Below are positions 36,626-49,445 of a DNA stretch of 64,000 bases, piece after piece; positions within the stretch are counted from its first letter, which is position 1; the number at the start of each line of letters is the position of its first letter. The notes below the pieces were generated by a model that searched no databases, was not told where the DNA came from, and worked only from the letters and a program-made list of their open reading frames with translations. The translations under genes and the position numbers were made by a program. The DNA comes from Cetorhinus maximus (Eukaryota), in the NCBI RefSeq assembly GCF_964194155.1, contig NC_135896.1:39122001-39186000 (forward strand), in the 5' to 3' direction.

Positions 36626-39013
36626 ATGGCCGGGAGAAGAGGACATCAGAAGGCTATGTGCATGACGCAAATCTGGAGGGTAGGCCATCGGGGCAGGCCA
36701 GGCCGGAGGGTAGGCCATCGGGGCAGGCCAGGCCAGAGGGTAGGCCATCGGGGCAGGCCAGGCCGGAGGGTAGGCCATCGGGGCAGGCCAGGCCGGAGGG
36801 TAGGCCATCGGGGCAGGCCAGGCCGGAGGGTAGGCCATCGGGGCAGGCCAGACTGGAGGATAGGCCAGCGGGGCAGGCCAGGCTGGAGGGTAGTCCAGCG
36901 GGGCAGTGTGCCCCTCATTTCTCCGACAAGTGTCTAGCTGCCCTCCTGGAGGAGATGGCAGCACGGCGGGAGGCCCTTCTTCCGAGGGACGGGAGGTGGA
37001 GGCCTCCCTACCTGACCAAACGTGCATGGGAGGAGGTGGCCAAGAGTGTCAGCTCCCATGATGTGGTGTGGCGCATATGGCTCCAGTGCCGCAAAAGATT
37101 CAATGACCTCCTGCACTCAGGAAGGTTAGTACCATGTTGCCTCAGGTCACTTAATGCAGCCATCACCCTTTCGCCTCAACCAGCGCCCCCCGGCAACTCT
37201 GAATACAGTAACGGCATTGAATCCTTCACGGCATGTATCCCTCGCTGGGTGTGCCAGCAGATATTGCCCATGCCTAGTTAACCCTGAGAGGTTTGAGCTA
37301 GGATGTGTTCTGCATCCGCAGTATGTGTGACACTGACACCCAGAGTATAGAATGGGGGTGAAAGTCAAGGGTCTGCACCTAGGCATAGTGCTGGAACTGG
37401 GAAGCATGTCAAAGTCAGAGTGCTAACATCCTGGGAGGGGAGCTTCCAGTTGGCAGGGCACCAATCCATCTGCTGGACTTTGCGCTCCTTGTGCCTCCTT
37501 GCTTAGCAAAGTTACACCTTGTGGTGCCACATGTGAAGGAGGCAGCATTTGGGCAATGGGGAGTGGGGGGGTCAGCCCTGGCTTCTTTGGGTGAGTGTGC
37601 GGCAGCTGCAGGGTGAAGAGGAACTGGAGTCCTGCAATGTCCCACTCTGGCAGGGTTGGCAGGGATGCGATGGGAATTCAAGTGCTGGCTGGACTAATCA
37701 ATGCTCTTCTCTCCTTTTCAGGAGAAGATTGCGCACAATTCCGCAGAACGGATGTGGACTGGCGGAAGCCAGGCCCAGTGGTGATTCTAACACCTTACAA
37801 GCAGCAGGCCATGGATCTGGAGAGGCACCATGCGCCCAGGTCCACTGGTGGTGGTAAGGCTGGGGTGCCATGGGGAGGTATGTTTGGCGAGCACTCAGGT
37901 CACCATATGTGTCCCAAAAGCCATGGCACTACTGAATGCAAGTTAGCAACATGGGTTGACCATTGATTATGGAAGGATGAGCGCATAATGATCCGGGGGA
38001 GCAGAAAGTTGACATTGTCTGCACTGTAACTAATCAAATATCCTTTTTCTTCCTTTCAGCATCACCCGAGCAGGGCTGGGAGGAGGAGGCAAAGCGCCCA
38101 CCTCTCACCCCCGAGGCCCCAGAGGAAATCCATTCACCAACGTCACACCATCTTAGCCAGGCAGGCACCAGCGCAGATGGTGGGAATTAGATCTTCGTCT
38201 AGTGTCCCGGGGCACAGCGGTGAGGGCACTTCACACTTGCTTGAGGTGCGAGCAGAGACAGTGCCCAGGGCGGCGGCAGTCGGAGGACTGCTGAGGACCA
38301 GGTACATGCTCGGTCGGTGGCTGATGATGTGCGTCTGGAGTCGTCCCTGAGGCAGCAAACGCTGGAAATACAGCAGGGTATGCAGGACGATCTGGCGGAG
38401 TTACGTGAGGCTATGCATGGCATGGTGCCTGAGCTGGAGGAGTCCATGCGGAGCATCACCAATGCAATGAGCCTCAAGGCTGAGCGCCATGTTTCCTCCA
38501 TGGAAAGAGTGGCGACTCGTGGAGAGGCTTCTCCAGGAGACCAATCAGGGCTTCCTGGGGTTGTGCTCGGACCTGCAAGCCCTGACATCGGCATTGGCCT
38601 CAGATGATCAGTGCCAGTGTGGGAGATGGTTTAGGCACCATGTATCCCAGCTCAGTGCCCATGCATCCAAGGTGAGCAGGGAGGCCTGAAGCGACCTCAC
38701 GTTGACACAGCAGCTGCTTGTTGTCTCTGCGGGCTCCTCTCAGGGCACCCCGGATGAGGGCGGCAGCTCCTTCACCCCTCTCCCAGTGACTGTCTCATCC
38801 GGTGAGGCTGCTACGACTGGGGAGATGCCAGCTGTGGAACTGGCAGCTCCCTTCCAGGCGGGGCCAGCACAGGCTCCACGGGCCGGAGGACGACTGCCAA
38901 GGTCATCGAGGCCAACAGGACAGCAGAGTCAGCAGGCTGTCTCAGATGCCACTCCCAACGAGGGGGCAGCACCAAGACGTAGCACCCGAAAACGAAAACA
39001 TAAGGCACCGTAG
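36626..39013 (+). pseudogene. Harbinger Myb/SANT-like DNA-binding protein, 3 exons (about 36626-37125, 37722-37877, 38060-39013), frameshifted
   Basis: APHFSDKCLAALLEEMAARREALLP...KRAWEEVAKSVSSHDVVWRIWLQCRKRFNDL. Acceptors tttcag at 37721 and 38059, donor gtatgt at 37878. Basic C-terminus RRSTRKRKHKAP*. Confidence 0.9.
36675..36906 (+). repeat. 30-bp tandem repeat, about 7.7 copies, in frame with the Myb domain
   Basis: Unit GGAGGGTAGGCCATCGGGGCAGGCCAGGCC encodes EGRPSGQARP. Confidence 0.98.
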
Positions 39014-39337
39014 GCACACCGCGGGTTTGTCACTGGTGGTTTTTAGTTGGCCCGAGATGAGGCCCTTATGATTTTATTTGATTTGTAACATTCTTGCCTT
39101 TTTTTGTAATAAGCTGCTTTGTTTCACACTTTAAATTCAGATATGTCACCATGGCTGAGGGTGCCTCTTTTCTTCTGCATGTGTATGGTTTCCAAAACTG
39201 TAATGAGTGCTTTTTTGGATAGTCAGCTTTATTAACAATTCCCTTAGTTACTGTTGCTAACCTGGCAGATTTTGCACTTAGATGTCGAGTGTCGAGCTGA
39301 CAGGCCAGGCTTGACCTGATGGACCATCTGTGGTGTG

Positions 39338-40571
39338 CTAGCTGAAGGTTTGTTGGATTATAGCCTCCCAGGTGTCCCTGCCTCTGTGGAGTATGCCTGG
39401 GTCAGCGTCTACCCCCTCAGCATTTCCCTGTGCATGCTCATCCTCGGACTCACTACTGGACTCATCGTGTGCAGCCGCAGCCACTGCGTCGACATCTTCA
39501 TCGTCCACTGCGTCCCCCCTTTCCAGCGCAAGATTGTGGAGAGCGCAGCATGCAACCACTATCACCGAAACACGATCTGGGGGGTACTGGAGTGCACCCC
39601 CTGAGCGGTCCAGGCATTGGAAGTGCATCTTGAGAAGACCAATGGTTCTCTCTACCACAGCCCTTGTTGAGGCGTGGCTCCTGTTGTACTGCTGCTCAGC
39701 CTCTGATCATGGATGGCGGAGAGGCATCATGAGCCACCTTTTGTGGGGATAGCCCTTGTCACCTAGCAGCCACATCCAGCCGGGCTGGAGCACTGAAGAG
39801 CCCTGGCACCTGGGAGTGTCTGAGGATGTAGGCGTTGTGAGATCTGCCTGGGTAACTTGCACAGACTTGTAGAATCAGTATCCTATGATCACACACTATC
39901 TGCACGTTCATGGAGTGGAAGCCCTTCCTGTTGACAAAGGCACCGGGCTCACCTGCTGGCGCCTCGATGGCCACATGTGTGCAGTCTATGGCACCCTGGA
40001 CGCGGGGGAAACCAGCAATGGCTGCGAAGCCTCTAGCTCGCTCTGTCTGGCTTGCCTGGTCCCAATGGCAGTGGGTGAAGGTCAATGCACGCCTGAATAG
40101 AGCATCTGTAACCTGCTTGACACAAGTGCAGACAGCTGATTGGGAGACACCGCAAAGATCACCCATCGAGCCCTGGAAGGAGCCAGAGGCATAGAAGTTA
40201 AGGGCAGCTGTGACATTTAGAGCCACTGACATGGGATGTCCACCCACACAGTTAGCGGAGATCTCAGGCCCAATCATCTGACAGATAAAGTTGACTGTCT
40301 CCCTTGAGAGATGGAGCCTCCTTCAGCACTGCAGCTCAAACCTCTTGAGGTAGCTGCTTTGCTGCGTGTATACCCTGGCAGCAGGATAGTGGTGTCTTCT
40401 GCGGCCCCTTGTACCTTGGACTTCCTCTTGGCCCTGTGCCCCTTGTGCCTGCGCCTGTCCTCCCAAAGGTGGTTCCCCTGGAAGCTGAATGTGCACTCCT
40501 GGCCTCCTGCCTTTTCTAGCCCTCCCTTCCTCCTCAGAGGAGCTGCCTCTAGTGGACATTTCAGCTCCCAT
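39338..40571 (-). pseudogene. HARBI1-type DDE transposase of H2, frameshifted
   Basis: ALNFYASGSFQ, GFPRVQGAIDCTHVAI, NRKGFHSMNVQIVCDH, GDKGYP near 39750 and VERTIGLLKMHFQCLDRSGG...VACCALHNLA, spread over three ORFs. Confidence 0.95.
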
Positions 40572-41040
40572 TCCCAGGCTAAGGGAAGGCTTCCTGAAAC
40601 TTTCAGGCCCAGAAAAGATTCCTCACTGCAGGATGCTGACCTGAAGGTTAAGAGTCCAGAAAAAGCAACTAGTATGCATTCTGAAATACTGCAGATCACA
40701 CAGGCAAGTTTGTAAAACTTTCATAAATAAATACTTGACTGTGCACATTCACGACCCCAGTCAGCCCTCTTATCCCACCCGTGGATGAGGTTAAGTCAAA
40801 TATGTCCTACCCGCCTGCCCATTGCGCCCATGTGCCGACCCAAAGATTGCACAGGCGCAGAAAAATTGGCATCGATTGAACACTTAAGGGCTTTAAGTGG
40901 CCCCTTAATTAATGGCGGGCATGCATCGGACATCATCACGCACCTGCCCAGCCAAATATTGCGATGACAACGTCACCACGCGTCATTTTACGCGCAGATG
41001 TGCAGGGCCCGCCCCCGCACAACAACGGGAAAATTCTGTC

Positions 41041-41632
41041 CATTAATATATATCAGGAGGAGCAAGGGTCCCAACACTGACCCCTGGGGAACTACACCAC
41101 AAACTTTCCTCCAATCTGAAAAACAACCATTTATCACTATTCTGTTTCCTGTCACTCAGCCAATTTCTTATCCAAGTGCCTACTTTCCCTTTTATTCCAT
41201 GAGCTAGAATTTTGCTCACAAGTCTGCTGTGTGGCACCATATCAAATGCCTCTTGAAAATCCATGTACACCGCATCAACAGTGTTGCCCTTATCAACCTT
41301 CTCTGTTACCCCCTCAAAAAACTCCAGCAAGTTAGTTAAACATGATTTTCCCTTAATAAATCCATGCTGGCTTTCCTCAATTATGCTGCACTTGTCTAAC
41401 TGATTATTGATTTTGTCCCAAACTATAGTTTCCAGAAATTTCCCTCCCACTGCAGTGAAGCTGACTGGTCCATAGTTGCCAGCTTTATGCTTGCACCCCT
41501 TTTAAATAAGGGTGTAACATTCGTAATTCTCCAGTCCTCTGGCCTTACCCCTGTGTCTCAGGAAGACTGGAAGATTATCACAAGTGCTTCTGCAATTTCC
41601 ACTCTCACTTCCCTCAGTACCCTGGGATGCAT
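41041..41632 (-). mobile_element. CR1 LINE RT fragment
   Basis: SQHGFIKGKSCLTNLLEFFE...YMDFQEAFDMVPH. The 3' part ends abruptly at the H2 right TIR. Confidence 0.9.
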
Positions 41633-41791
41633 TTAAAATTTAATTAATTTAAAAGCAGTTACACATGCAATGATTGTTCAGAAGTTTAGGAGCAACCATA
41701 ACTTATACTTTCTTGCTGTACCAATGCCTCAACAGGATGCACTTGAGCAATTGTTTTAAAGGGACGGTTCAGGTTTGCAACCGAATATTAC

Positions 41792-42538
41792 AGGCTGAAT
41801 TTTTCTGGGGCATTTTGCTCACCCACACCCCTCTGCCAGTTACAAAAACCAGTTCCAAACCAAATGACTTAAAAAAAAGCCGCCCCTCAATGATAACATG
41901 CTGCTGGTGGCCTAACCGAACAGAGTGGGACATTGTCCCTCAGTGGGAGAAAGTCCCGTCCTAGAGAGCTGCTGGCCAATCCGATTGGTCAGCAGGTCTA
42001 GCAGTCCCAGTAATGCCAGAACTCAGCAGTGGGTGCTGCTGAGAGTGCAAGCAGTCCCTGGGAAGACGAACAATGGATCCCGGACTAAAGAAAGTCCTGG
42101 GCTTTTACGGTGGGAAGTGATTGGGTACCCTAGGGAGGGGGAACAAGGGGATTGTGGGGGGGGGGGGGGATGTTTCAGAGGCCAGGCTGCGCCAGGCACA
42201 AAGGGGGTAACCCCAATGCACACAGGACACTCCCAAAAGATGCATACCCTCTTCTTTCCTACGCTTTCATCCCAGATGGTGATAAAGCAGATTTCCCACT
42301 CTCGCCCAACCGCCCACACCAACCGCTTTATGGTGTGGGTGGCAAAATATTTGGGTCAATTGCCCGTCAATGATTTTTTCAAAATGGTGGGTGGGTTGCC
42401 AATTTTGGCCCCTGCCTGCCTACCATATTATGAAGACTGGGTCAGGAGTGGGTGGAAAGGCGGTGAGCTAGCCACCCATCATATTCTACATTCCCCCTGC
42501 TAAAAACATGCCCAGTAGGGGGCTGTAAAATCCAGCCC
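41792..42538. mobile_element. Harbinger-type MITE
   Basis: Termini AGGCTGAATTTT / AAAATCCAGCCC with perfect TSD TAC. Confidence 0.8.
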
Positions 42539-42758
42539 TACAGCTACGCTGCACACCCCAGACTAACTGTGAGCAATGCCAAAGGAGATCTTCTAGATAA
42601 TTTTAAAATGAACATAGTTGAGTCTAGTTGTATGTGAAAGATGATTATGACTTGTGGAATAACAAACAGTAGGGTGGATAGAAGACCCAGACCACCAAGG
42701 TTGGATCTAATCTTGTTTTAAAATGTTTATACAATCTGTCAACTCTACTCAAGTTAAG

Positions 42759-43810
42759 GGGCCAAATCTTCAAAGGAGTGGCAATCACCGTCAGATTGCC
42801 ACTCCACTCCTATTTACTTGTTTTGCGCTGAAGCTCCACATTTCTCACCTGGAATTCCAAACTAGGCCTCCTGAGAAATGTGGAGCATACCGGTTCCAGA
42901 GTCCTTCCTTCGTAGTACAGGAGTGTTGGGGAAAACAAGCCACGCCCCCTTTTTACGGTACTAGTCACCGTATACTGGTAAGTATAAATGTCCCAAGGCC
43001 ACTTTGACAGGAGAGAAGGTAAATATGTGAGGTAAATGTGTGAGGGAGTTGGGAGGTGGGGATGGTTGTCAGGGGGGTTGGAGGGGGGTAATTCAGGGTG
43101 GGGGATGTCTCGGGGGGATAGTCAGGGGGGTGGGGTGTAGTTGGGGAGCAGTCAGGGGTGGTAGATAGTCCGGGGGCTGGGGGAGTTGGGGGGTTGTTGG
43201 GCAGTGGTGGGGCATCCGGTGGGGGTATTAGGGGGTAGGGGTAGTCAAGGTGGTTAGTTGGAGAGCCAGGAGAGTTCTTGAGGTAGGGGTGTTAGTCGAG
43301 GATTGGGGATGTTTAGTTGGGTGGTGGGAGGTCGGGGGGTAGTTGGACAGTCAGGAAGGATTGGGTGGTCAGGGATGTAGTCGGGGACTTGAGGGTTAGT
43401 CAGGGGATCAGGGGGTAGTTGGGTAGTTGAAGGTGTGTTGGGTGGTTGGGGGTGTAGTTGAGGGGAGTCAGGTGGTTGGGGGTTGGGAAGGATAGTCAGG
43501 GTGGGGGGGTCCATTGGGGAGTCAGGGGATCAGTAATATAGTTTCCCAGGAGTCAGAGCTGGTTTTAATCCTTCTAAATTTTCCAGGATAACTATTCTTC
43601 CAAATGAGTCGGGACCATTCAAATTCTCTGACTCTGAGAGTTTCAGAGGGCTCCAGATGGAGGGTAATTGCCCAACGGAAGTTGAAACTTCCCGGACAAT
43701 TCCAGCAGAGTCCTTGCGTAGGAACTTCTGAGGGGTCTGCCAGGATCCCCCAGCACATCTTCCAGGGTATCTCTGGGGTGAGACCAACTGGAGACTAGAA
43801 GATCTGGACC
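42759..43810. mobile_element. Harbinger-type MITE with internal G-rich tract (related to 60239-60985)
   Basis: Termini GGGCCAAATCTTC / GAAGATCTGGACC, flanks AAG/ACG. Shares the palindrome aattgccc..ggaagtt.aaacttcc with about 60335. Confidence 0.7.
43045..43530 (+). repeat. G-rich degenerate tandem tract (gggtagtcagg-like units)
   Basis: Dozens of G3-G7 runs with short spacers. Confidence 0.85.
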
Positions 43811-43828
43811 ACGATCTTTTAAAACAAT

Positions 43829-44581
43829 GGCCTAAATTTTATGCTTGTAAAGCAAAACTGTCAACATTCACCATCATTATCTTATAAAACTGGCAACAAC
43901 TTCTGAGGCTGAATTTTCATGGAGATGCAGAGTTGAGACCAGAGGTGGATATGCTGGCAATTTCACGCTACCAGCTGGCATGCTGGTCTACTGCCATGGT
44001 CTCGCCTCCTGGCTATTTTGAGAGAGCCTGCATCATGGGGATGACAGCTTAGCCCAATTAAATTGCCTATTGAGGGCACTGATTAGAAACCATCTGGAAT
44101 TTTCCAGGTGGTCGGCAGGTACCCCGCCAAAGTAGAAACCCTCTGTGGAGGGGTTTGTTTAAAAGATTTAAGTTTCTAGTGTGTATCTCTCAGTCGTTAT
44201 TTCAGTTTCTGTATATAAAAAGTGAATAATAATCTGTGGATTTTACTTCAGTTCTGACAAAGTTTCACCAATCTGGAATGTTCATTCTGTTTCTTTATCT
44301 ACAAATGCTGCCAAAACTGCTGAATATTCCCAGAATTTTCTGTTTTAATTTCGATTTACTTCTTGGTTTACTGTCTGTGAGAATACTTCAATATGATTGG
44401 CTGCTCACCCTGCTTAATGACATCACTGTTGCTTGACATCTTAAGATCCCTTTAACTTGGTGCCAGATTCAAACTGAAGTGGGGAAAGGTGAAATCCATG
44501 CCACCGAGATTGTTGTGGCCAGTTTTTTTCAACATCAATGGGGAATGTTGTCCCTTTGCCAATGACCACAAAATTCAGGAC
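43829..44581. mobile_element. Harbinger-type MITE with nested MITE fragment (about 43906-44150) and Penelope remnant (about 44248-44355)
   Basis: Termini GGCCTAAATTTT / AAAATTCAGGAC with TSD AAT. Homologous to 24419-25134. Confidence 0.7.
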
Positions 44582-45814
44582 AATATTATTTTTCCTCATC
44601 CATTGTTTGTATTCGATCCAAGACACAGAAATTATCCTTAAACAAATTAATGCAGAGTCACCTTTACTCAATATTGAAGAACAAACTGTGTTGTTGCTTT
44701 CTAGTTGATCTCAGAAAAAGTTGAATAATCAAAGATGCACTTTTTATGATTGCAACTGATCTATTTGAAACTATCTTGGACAAGCTACCTTAAATTTCTC
44801 GAAATAAAGCTTATTTTCCTCTTTTAACACCTGCAGTTCAAACTAGAATACATAAACAATAGCAGTAAGTTTAATATCCATCATCTACAGATAGATAATG
44901 AAGAGACAACTGTGTGGTTTCCCAACCGGTATTCAAGAACTAGTTCTTTACATCTGAGATCTAAACAATGAGAGATAGGTTTACACATTTTAAAATTTAC
45001 TTTCATAAACATTGTTAGCAATGTGAATACAGTCTGTTTTTTTACACAAAAACATTAAAAAAGAATGGTGTCTAATTTACAATGTTAATAACTTGCAATG
45101 TATGTTAATAACTTCTAAAATTCTACAAAATATATACAAGATAGAAAACTTTTTGATAATTAGTTGTAGGAAAATGTCAGTAATTTGGTTCAATATATCT
45201 TTGGCATGTCACTATTAAATTGATAATACTCTTTGTCATCTGTCATATTCATTTCCAAGTAACATTGAAAAACATCTGGATTAAACAATGAAACTTAGAA
45301 AAAAAGTATTTTAAATTGAAAATTCATCATCAATCCCAGGATGATGTAATGTGGTGGTATAGGAATGTGCTATGCCAAGGAAATAATATTTGTGACCATA
45401 ATTCCCCATATGGTGCATTATCAATCAGGGAGATGACAATGCATGGATGCTTCAATGCTTTTCCATGGCAAGGGAAAGACTAGAGTGCAAATCATTCTGG
45501 TATCTAACCCTCTTCTAGAAACTGACCAGACAAGCCTTGGCACCACCTAGTATTTGTGTATTCTCTCAAGGAACAGTGTGTACTGCTGAAATATGACATT
45601 TTAATAGAGAAAACAACGGTACTGTTTGTTATGTACTGACTTTAATCCATTAAGTGGAGTTCAAGTGGCTTGTGCTTTTTTTGTACTATTGGATGGAATA
45701 ACCGCTTTTTAATTCTCCTACAGTCATGTGTATTATCTAAGTTCCTTCATTCTATGCCAACTGTGTGTTACATATTAAAAATTGCCAATTTGTTCCACTA
45801 AATACATGGGTGTT

Positions 45815-46385
45815 CTCATGTGCCTGCTCCCCTTGTCTTTCGAGATCGTGGATTGGAAGGTGCTGTCGAAGGAGCCTTGGTGAGTTGCTGCAGTGCATCT
45901 AGTATATGGTACACACTGCTGCCACTGTTCATCGGCCTTGGAGGGACTGAAAGTTTAAGGTGGTGGATGGGGTGCAAGCAGGCTGCTTTGTCCTGGATAT
46001 TGTTGGAGCTTCTTGAGTTTTGTTGGAGCTGCACTCATCCAGATGAGTGGGAAGTATTCCATCTTATTCCTGACTTGTACCTTGTAGATGGTGAGCAGGC
46101 TTTGGGGAGTCAGGAGATGAGATTCTTGATTAACAAGGGGATGAAAGGTTATTGGGGATAGGCAGGAGTGTGGGGTTGAGGTTACATTCAGATCAGCCAT
46201 GATCTTATTCAATGATGGAGCAGGCTCAAGGGTTACTACTGCTTATTCATGCTTACTAAGGGTTACTCATGGCTTACTACTGCTCTTAATTCGTATGATC
46301 GCATGAGTTACATACCACGGAATTCCGAACTTCTGACTTGCTCTTATAGCCACAGTATTTATGTAACTGGTCCAATTGAGTTTCT
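45815..46385 (-). mobile_element. Family Z LINE fragment containing a CR1 3' fragment (+, about 46115-46300)
   Basis: LTPQSLLTIYKVQVRNKMEYFPLIWMSAAPT on -, with the CR1 3' UTR cagatcagccatgatcttattcaatgatggagcaggctc inside. Confidence 0.75.
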
Positions 46386-46397
46386 GCACAATATTTT

Positions 46398-48370
46398 TTA
46401 TTCATTCACAGGATGTGGGCTTCACTGGCTGGGCCAGCATTTATTCCCCATCCCTAATTGCCCTTGAGAAGGGGATAGTGAGCTGCCTTCTTGAAGCGCT
46501 GCAGTCCATGTAGTGTAGGTACACCCACAGTGCTGTTAGGAAGGGAGTTCCAGGATTTTGACCCAGCGACAGTGAAGGAACGGCGATATAGTTCCAAATC
46601 GGGATGTCGAGTGACTTGGAGGGGAACTTCCAGCTGGTGGTGTTCCCATCTATCTGCTGCCCTTGTCCTTCTACATGGTAGTGGTCGTGGCTTTGGAAGG
46701 TGCTGTCGAAGGAGCCTTGATGAATTCCTGCAGTGCGTCTTGTAGATGGTACACACTGCTGCTAATGTGTGCTAGTGGTGGAGGGAGTGAATGTTTGTGG
46801 ATGTGGTGCCAATCAAGCAGGCTGCTTTGTCCTGGACGGTGTTAAGCTTCTTGAATGTTATGGGAGCTGCACTCATCCATCACACTCCTGACTTGTGCCT
46901 TGTAGGTGGTGGACAGGCTTTGGGGAGTCAGGAGGTGAGTTACTTGTTCCAGGATTCCCAGCCTCTGACCTGCTCTTGTAGCCACAGTATTTATATGGCT
47001 AGCCCAGTTCAGTTTCTGGTCAATGGTAACCCCCAGGATTTTGATAGTGAGGGATTCAGCGATGGTAATGTCATTGAATGTTAAGGGACGACGGTTAGAT
47101 TCTCACTTGTTGGAGATGGTCATTGCCTGGTACTTGTATGGTGCGAATGTTACTTGCCATTTGTCAGCCCAAGCCTGGATATTGTCCAGGTCTTGCTGCA
47201 TTTGAACATGGACTGTTTCGGTATCTGAGGAGTCGCGAATTGTCCTGAACATCGTGCAATCATCAGCAAACATCCCCACTCCTGACCCTATGATGGAAGT
47301 AAGGTCATTGATGAAGCAGCTGAAGATGGCTGGGCAGAGGACGCTACCCTGAGGAACTCCTGCCGTGATGTCCTGGAGCTGAGATGGCTGACCTCTAACA
47401 ACCACAACCATCTTCCTTTGTGCTAGGTATGACTCCAACCAGTGGAGTTTTCCCCCCGATTCCCATTGATTCCAGTTTTGCTAGGGGTCATTGATGCTAC
47501 ACTCGGTCAAATGCGGCCTTGATGTCGAGGGCAATCACTCTCACCTCACCTCAGGAGTACAGCCTTTTTGTCCATGTCTGAGCCAAGGCTCTAATGAGGT
47601 TAGTAGCTGAGTGGCTCTGGTAGACACAAATTGGGAGTTAGTAAGCAGTTTATTGCTAAGCAAGTGCCACGTAATAGCACTGTTGATGATCCCTTCCCCT
47701 TTACTGATGATCGAGAAGAGATTGTTGGGGCGGCAACTGGCCAGGTTGGATTTGTCCTGCTTTTTGTGTACAGGACATACCTGGGCAATTTTCCACATAG
47801 CCAGGTATATGCCAGTGTTGTAGCTGTACTGGAACAGCTTGGTTAGGGGCTCAGCAAGTTCTGAAGCACAAGTCTTCAGTATTATTGCTGCAATATTGTC
47901 AGGGCCCATAGCCTTTGCACTATCCAGTGCCTTCCAACTGTTTCTTGATATCATGTGGAGTGAATTGAATTGGCTGAAGACTGACATCTGTGATGCTGGG
48001 GACCTCCGGTGGAGGTGAACTGCAGGATGTTGATGATGTGGAATTCAGTGATGGTAATGCTGTTGGATGTCCAGGGAAGATGGCTAGATTATTTCTTGTT
48101 GGAGATGGTCAGTGCCTGGCACTTGTGTGGTGTGAATGTTACTTGCTACTTATCAGGCCATGCCTGAACATTGTCCAGATTTTGGTGCATGTGTGCACAG
48201 ATTGCTTTGGTATTTGAGGAGTATATAAGTGTATTGGACTGAACACTGTGCAATCATCAGTGAACATCCCCACTTCTGACCTTATTATGGAGGGAAAAGT
48301 TAATTGATGAAGCAACTGAAAATGTTTGGGCCTAGGAGACTGCCCCAAGGAACTCCTGCAGTAATGTTTT
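46398..48370 (-). mobile_element. Family Z CR1-group LINE: RT and 3' end, with an older RT fragment at about 48020-48370
   Basis: KAMGPDNIAAIILKTCASELAEPLTKLFQYSYNTG, AGVPQGSVLCP, MFADDCT, QQDLDNIQAWADKWQVTF. Confidence 0.9.
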
Positions 48371-48767
48371 TATCCTACAACTTTCAGAGAAATAAACAAT
48401 GCAGAAATATGTTCATGATTATTGAATTGATTTCACTTGTAGTCCATGAGCAAGCAAGAGAGGACTTAATTTCTAATGTACAGAACTGACAAATTGGGTA
48501 TTAATATCAGATCTATTGAAGCTGATTTATGAGCATACAAGATCATTTAATTTGTTTGAGGTCATTCCCTATGAGGAACTGACTTATTCTGGGTCAACTA
48601 CATTTGTAATCCAAGAGCTGGACACAATCCTTGATATCTTGGAAGGTCTGAGTACAAGCGGTTGAGAAATTGATCAAATATGTCATCAACATGTAATGTT
48701 TTGTGCTTCGCTTCTCCCCTTGGCTGAAAACCAGGGAACTTTATTCTCTTTTTAAGGATTCTATTAA

Positions 48768-49445
48768 GGGCAGCATTTTCCACCCTGTCGGGGTTGTGTG
48801 GGAGCGGGCACGAGTGGGCGGGTTCCCAATCAGCGCCCCAGGTTGGGGGCGCGGCGCTATCTTACTTGGGCAGGCCAATTAAGGCCCGCCCAGCGTGACG
48901 TCCGCCCGGAAGCGCTATACGCTCCCTGTGCGGGCGGGGCGGTATTCCCTGAGCTGGGAGTGCGCTCTTTAGCCCATGCGTGTGAAAGAGTGCACAGATC
49001 TCCGAGGCAAAGTGCTGCCTCAGGGAGATCAGCTCAAGATTCAAACTTTCATTAAAGGCAGAAAAAATATTCCTGACATGTCCCCTCATGTGACACTGTC
49101 ACATGAGCTGGGACATATCAATTTCTTTTGTTTAAACATTTTATACAAATTTTAATATCCTTATGAAACCTCATCCCACCCGTGGATGAGGTTTCATGTT
49201 TTTTCCGAAGGCCACCTGGGCTCTTCGCCTGCCTGCCAATCTTAAGGTTGGACGGGCAGGTCCATTAATCATTTAAATTACTTTTTTAATGGCCTTAATA
49301 GGCCTCTGATCCAGCTGTGCGCCCGCCGAACTGAAAGTCTAAACGACGCGGGGTGACGGGACGCACACCCGACGTCACCCCGCATCATTTTACTCGTCAG
49401 TGAGCGGGCCCCGCCCCCCTGCTCACCAACTAGAAGATGCAGTCC
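48768..49445. mobile_element. Harbinger MITE, hairpin-chain family, copy D
   Basis: Termini GGGCAGCATTTT / AAGATGCAGTCC, flanks TAA/TAG. Aligns end to end with copies A and B. Confidence 0.9.

Larger units (their letters stand above)
36381..41041. mobile_element. Near-full-length PIF/Harbinger transposon (H2)
   Basis: TIRs GGGGAGAATTTTCCC / GGGAAAATTCTGTCC with convergent Myb-like and DDE transposase genes. Flanks ACA/ATT do not match. Confidence 0.95.

Noticed and set aside
36675-36906. 30-bp repeats as a CRISPR array
   Set aside because: Units are head-to-tail with no unique spacers, there are no cas genes, and the context is eukaryotic.
39338-40571. Host HARBI1 or NAIF1 genes
   Set aside because: The ORFs are frameshifted, multi-copy and enclosed by TIRs, so they are transposon copies rather than the domesticated genes.
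43254-43514. Pro-rich ORF on -
   Set aside because: Translation of the G-rich tandem tract.
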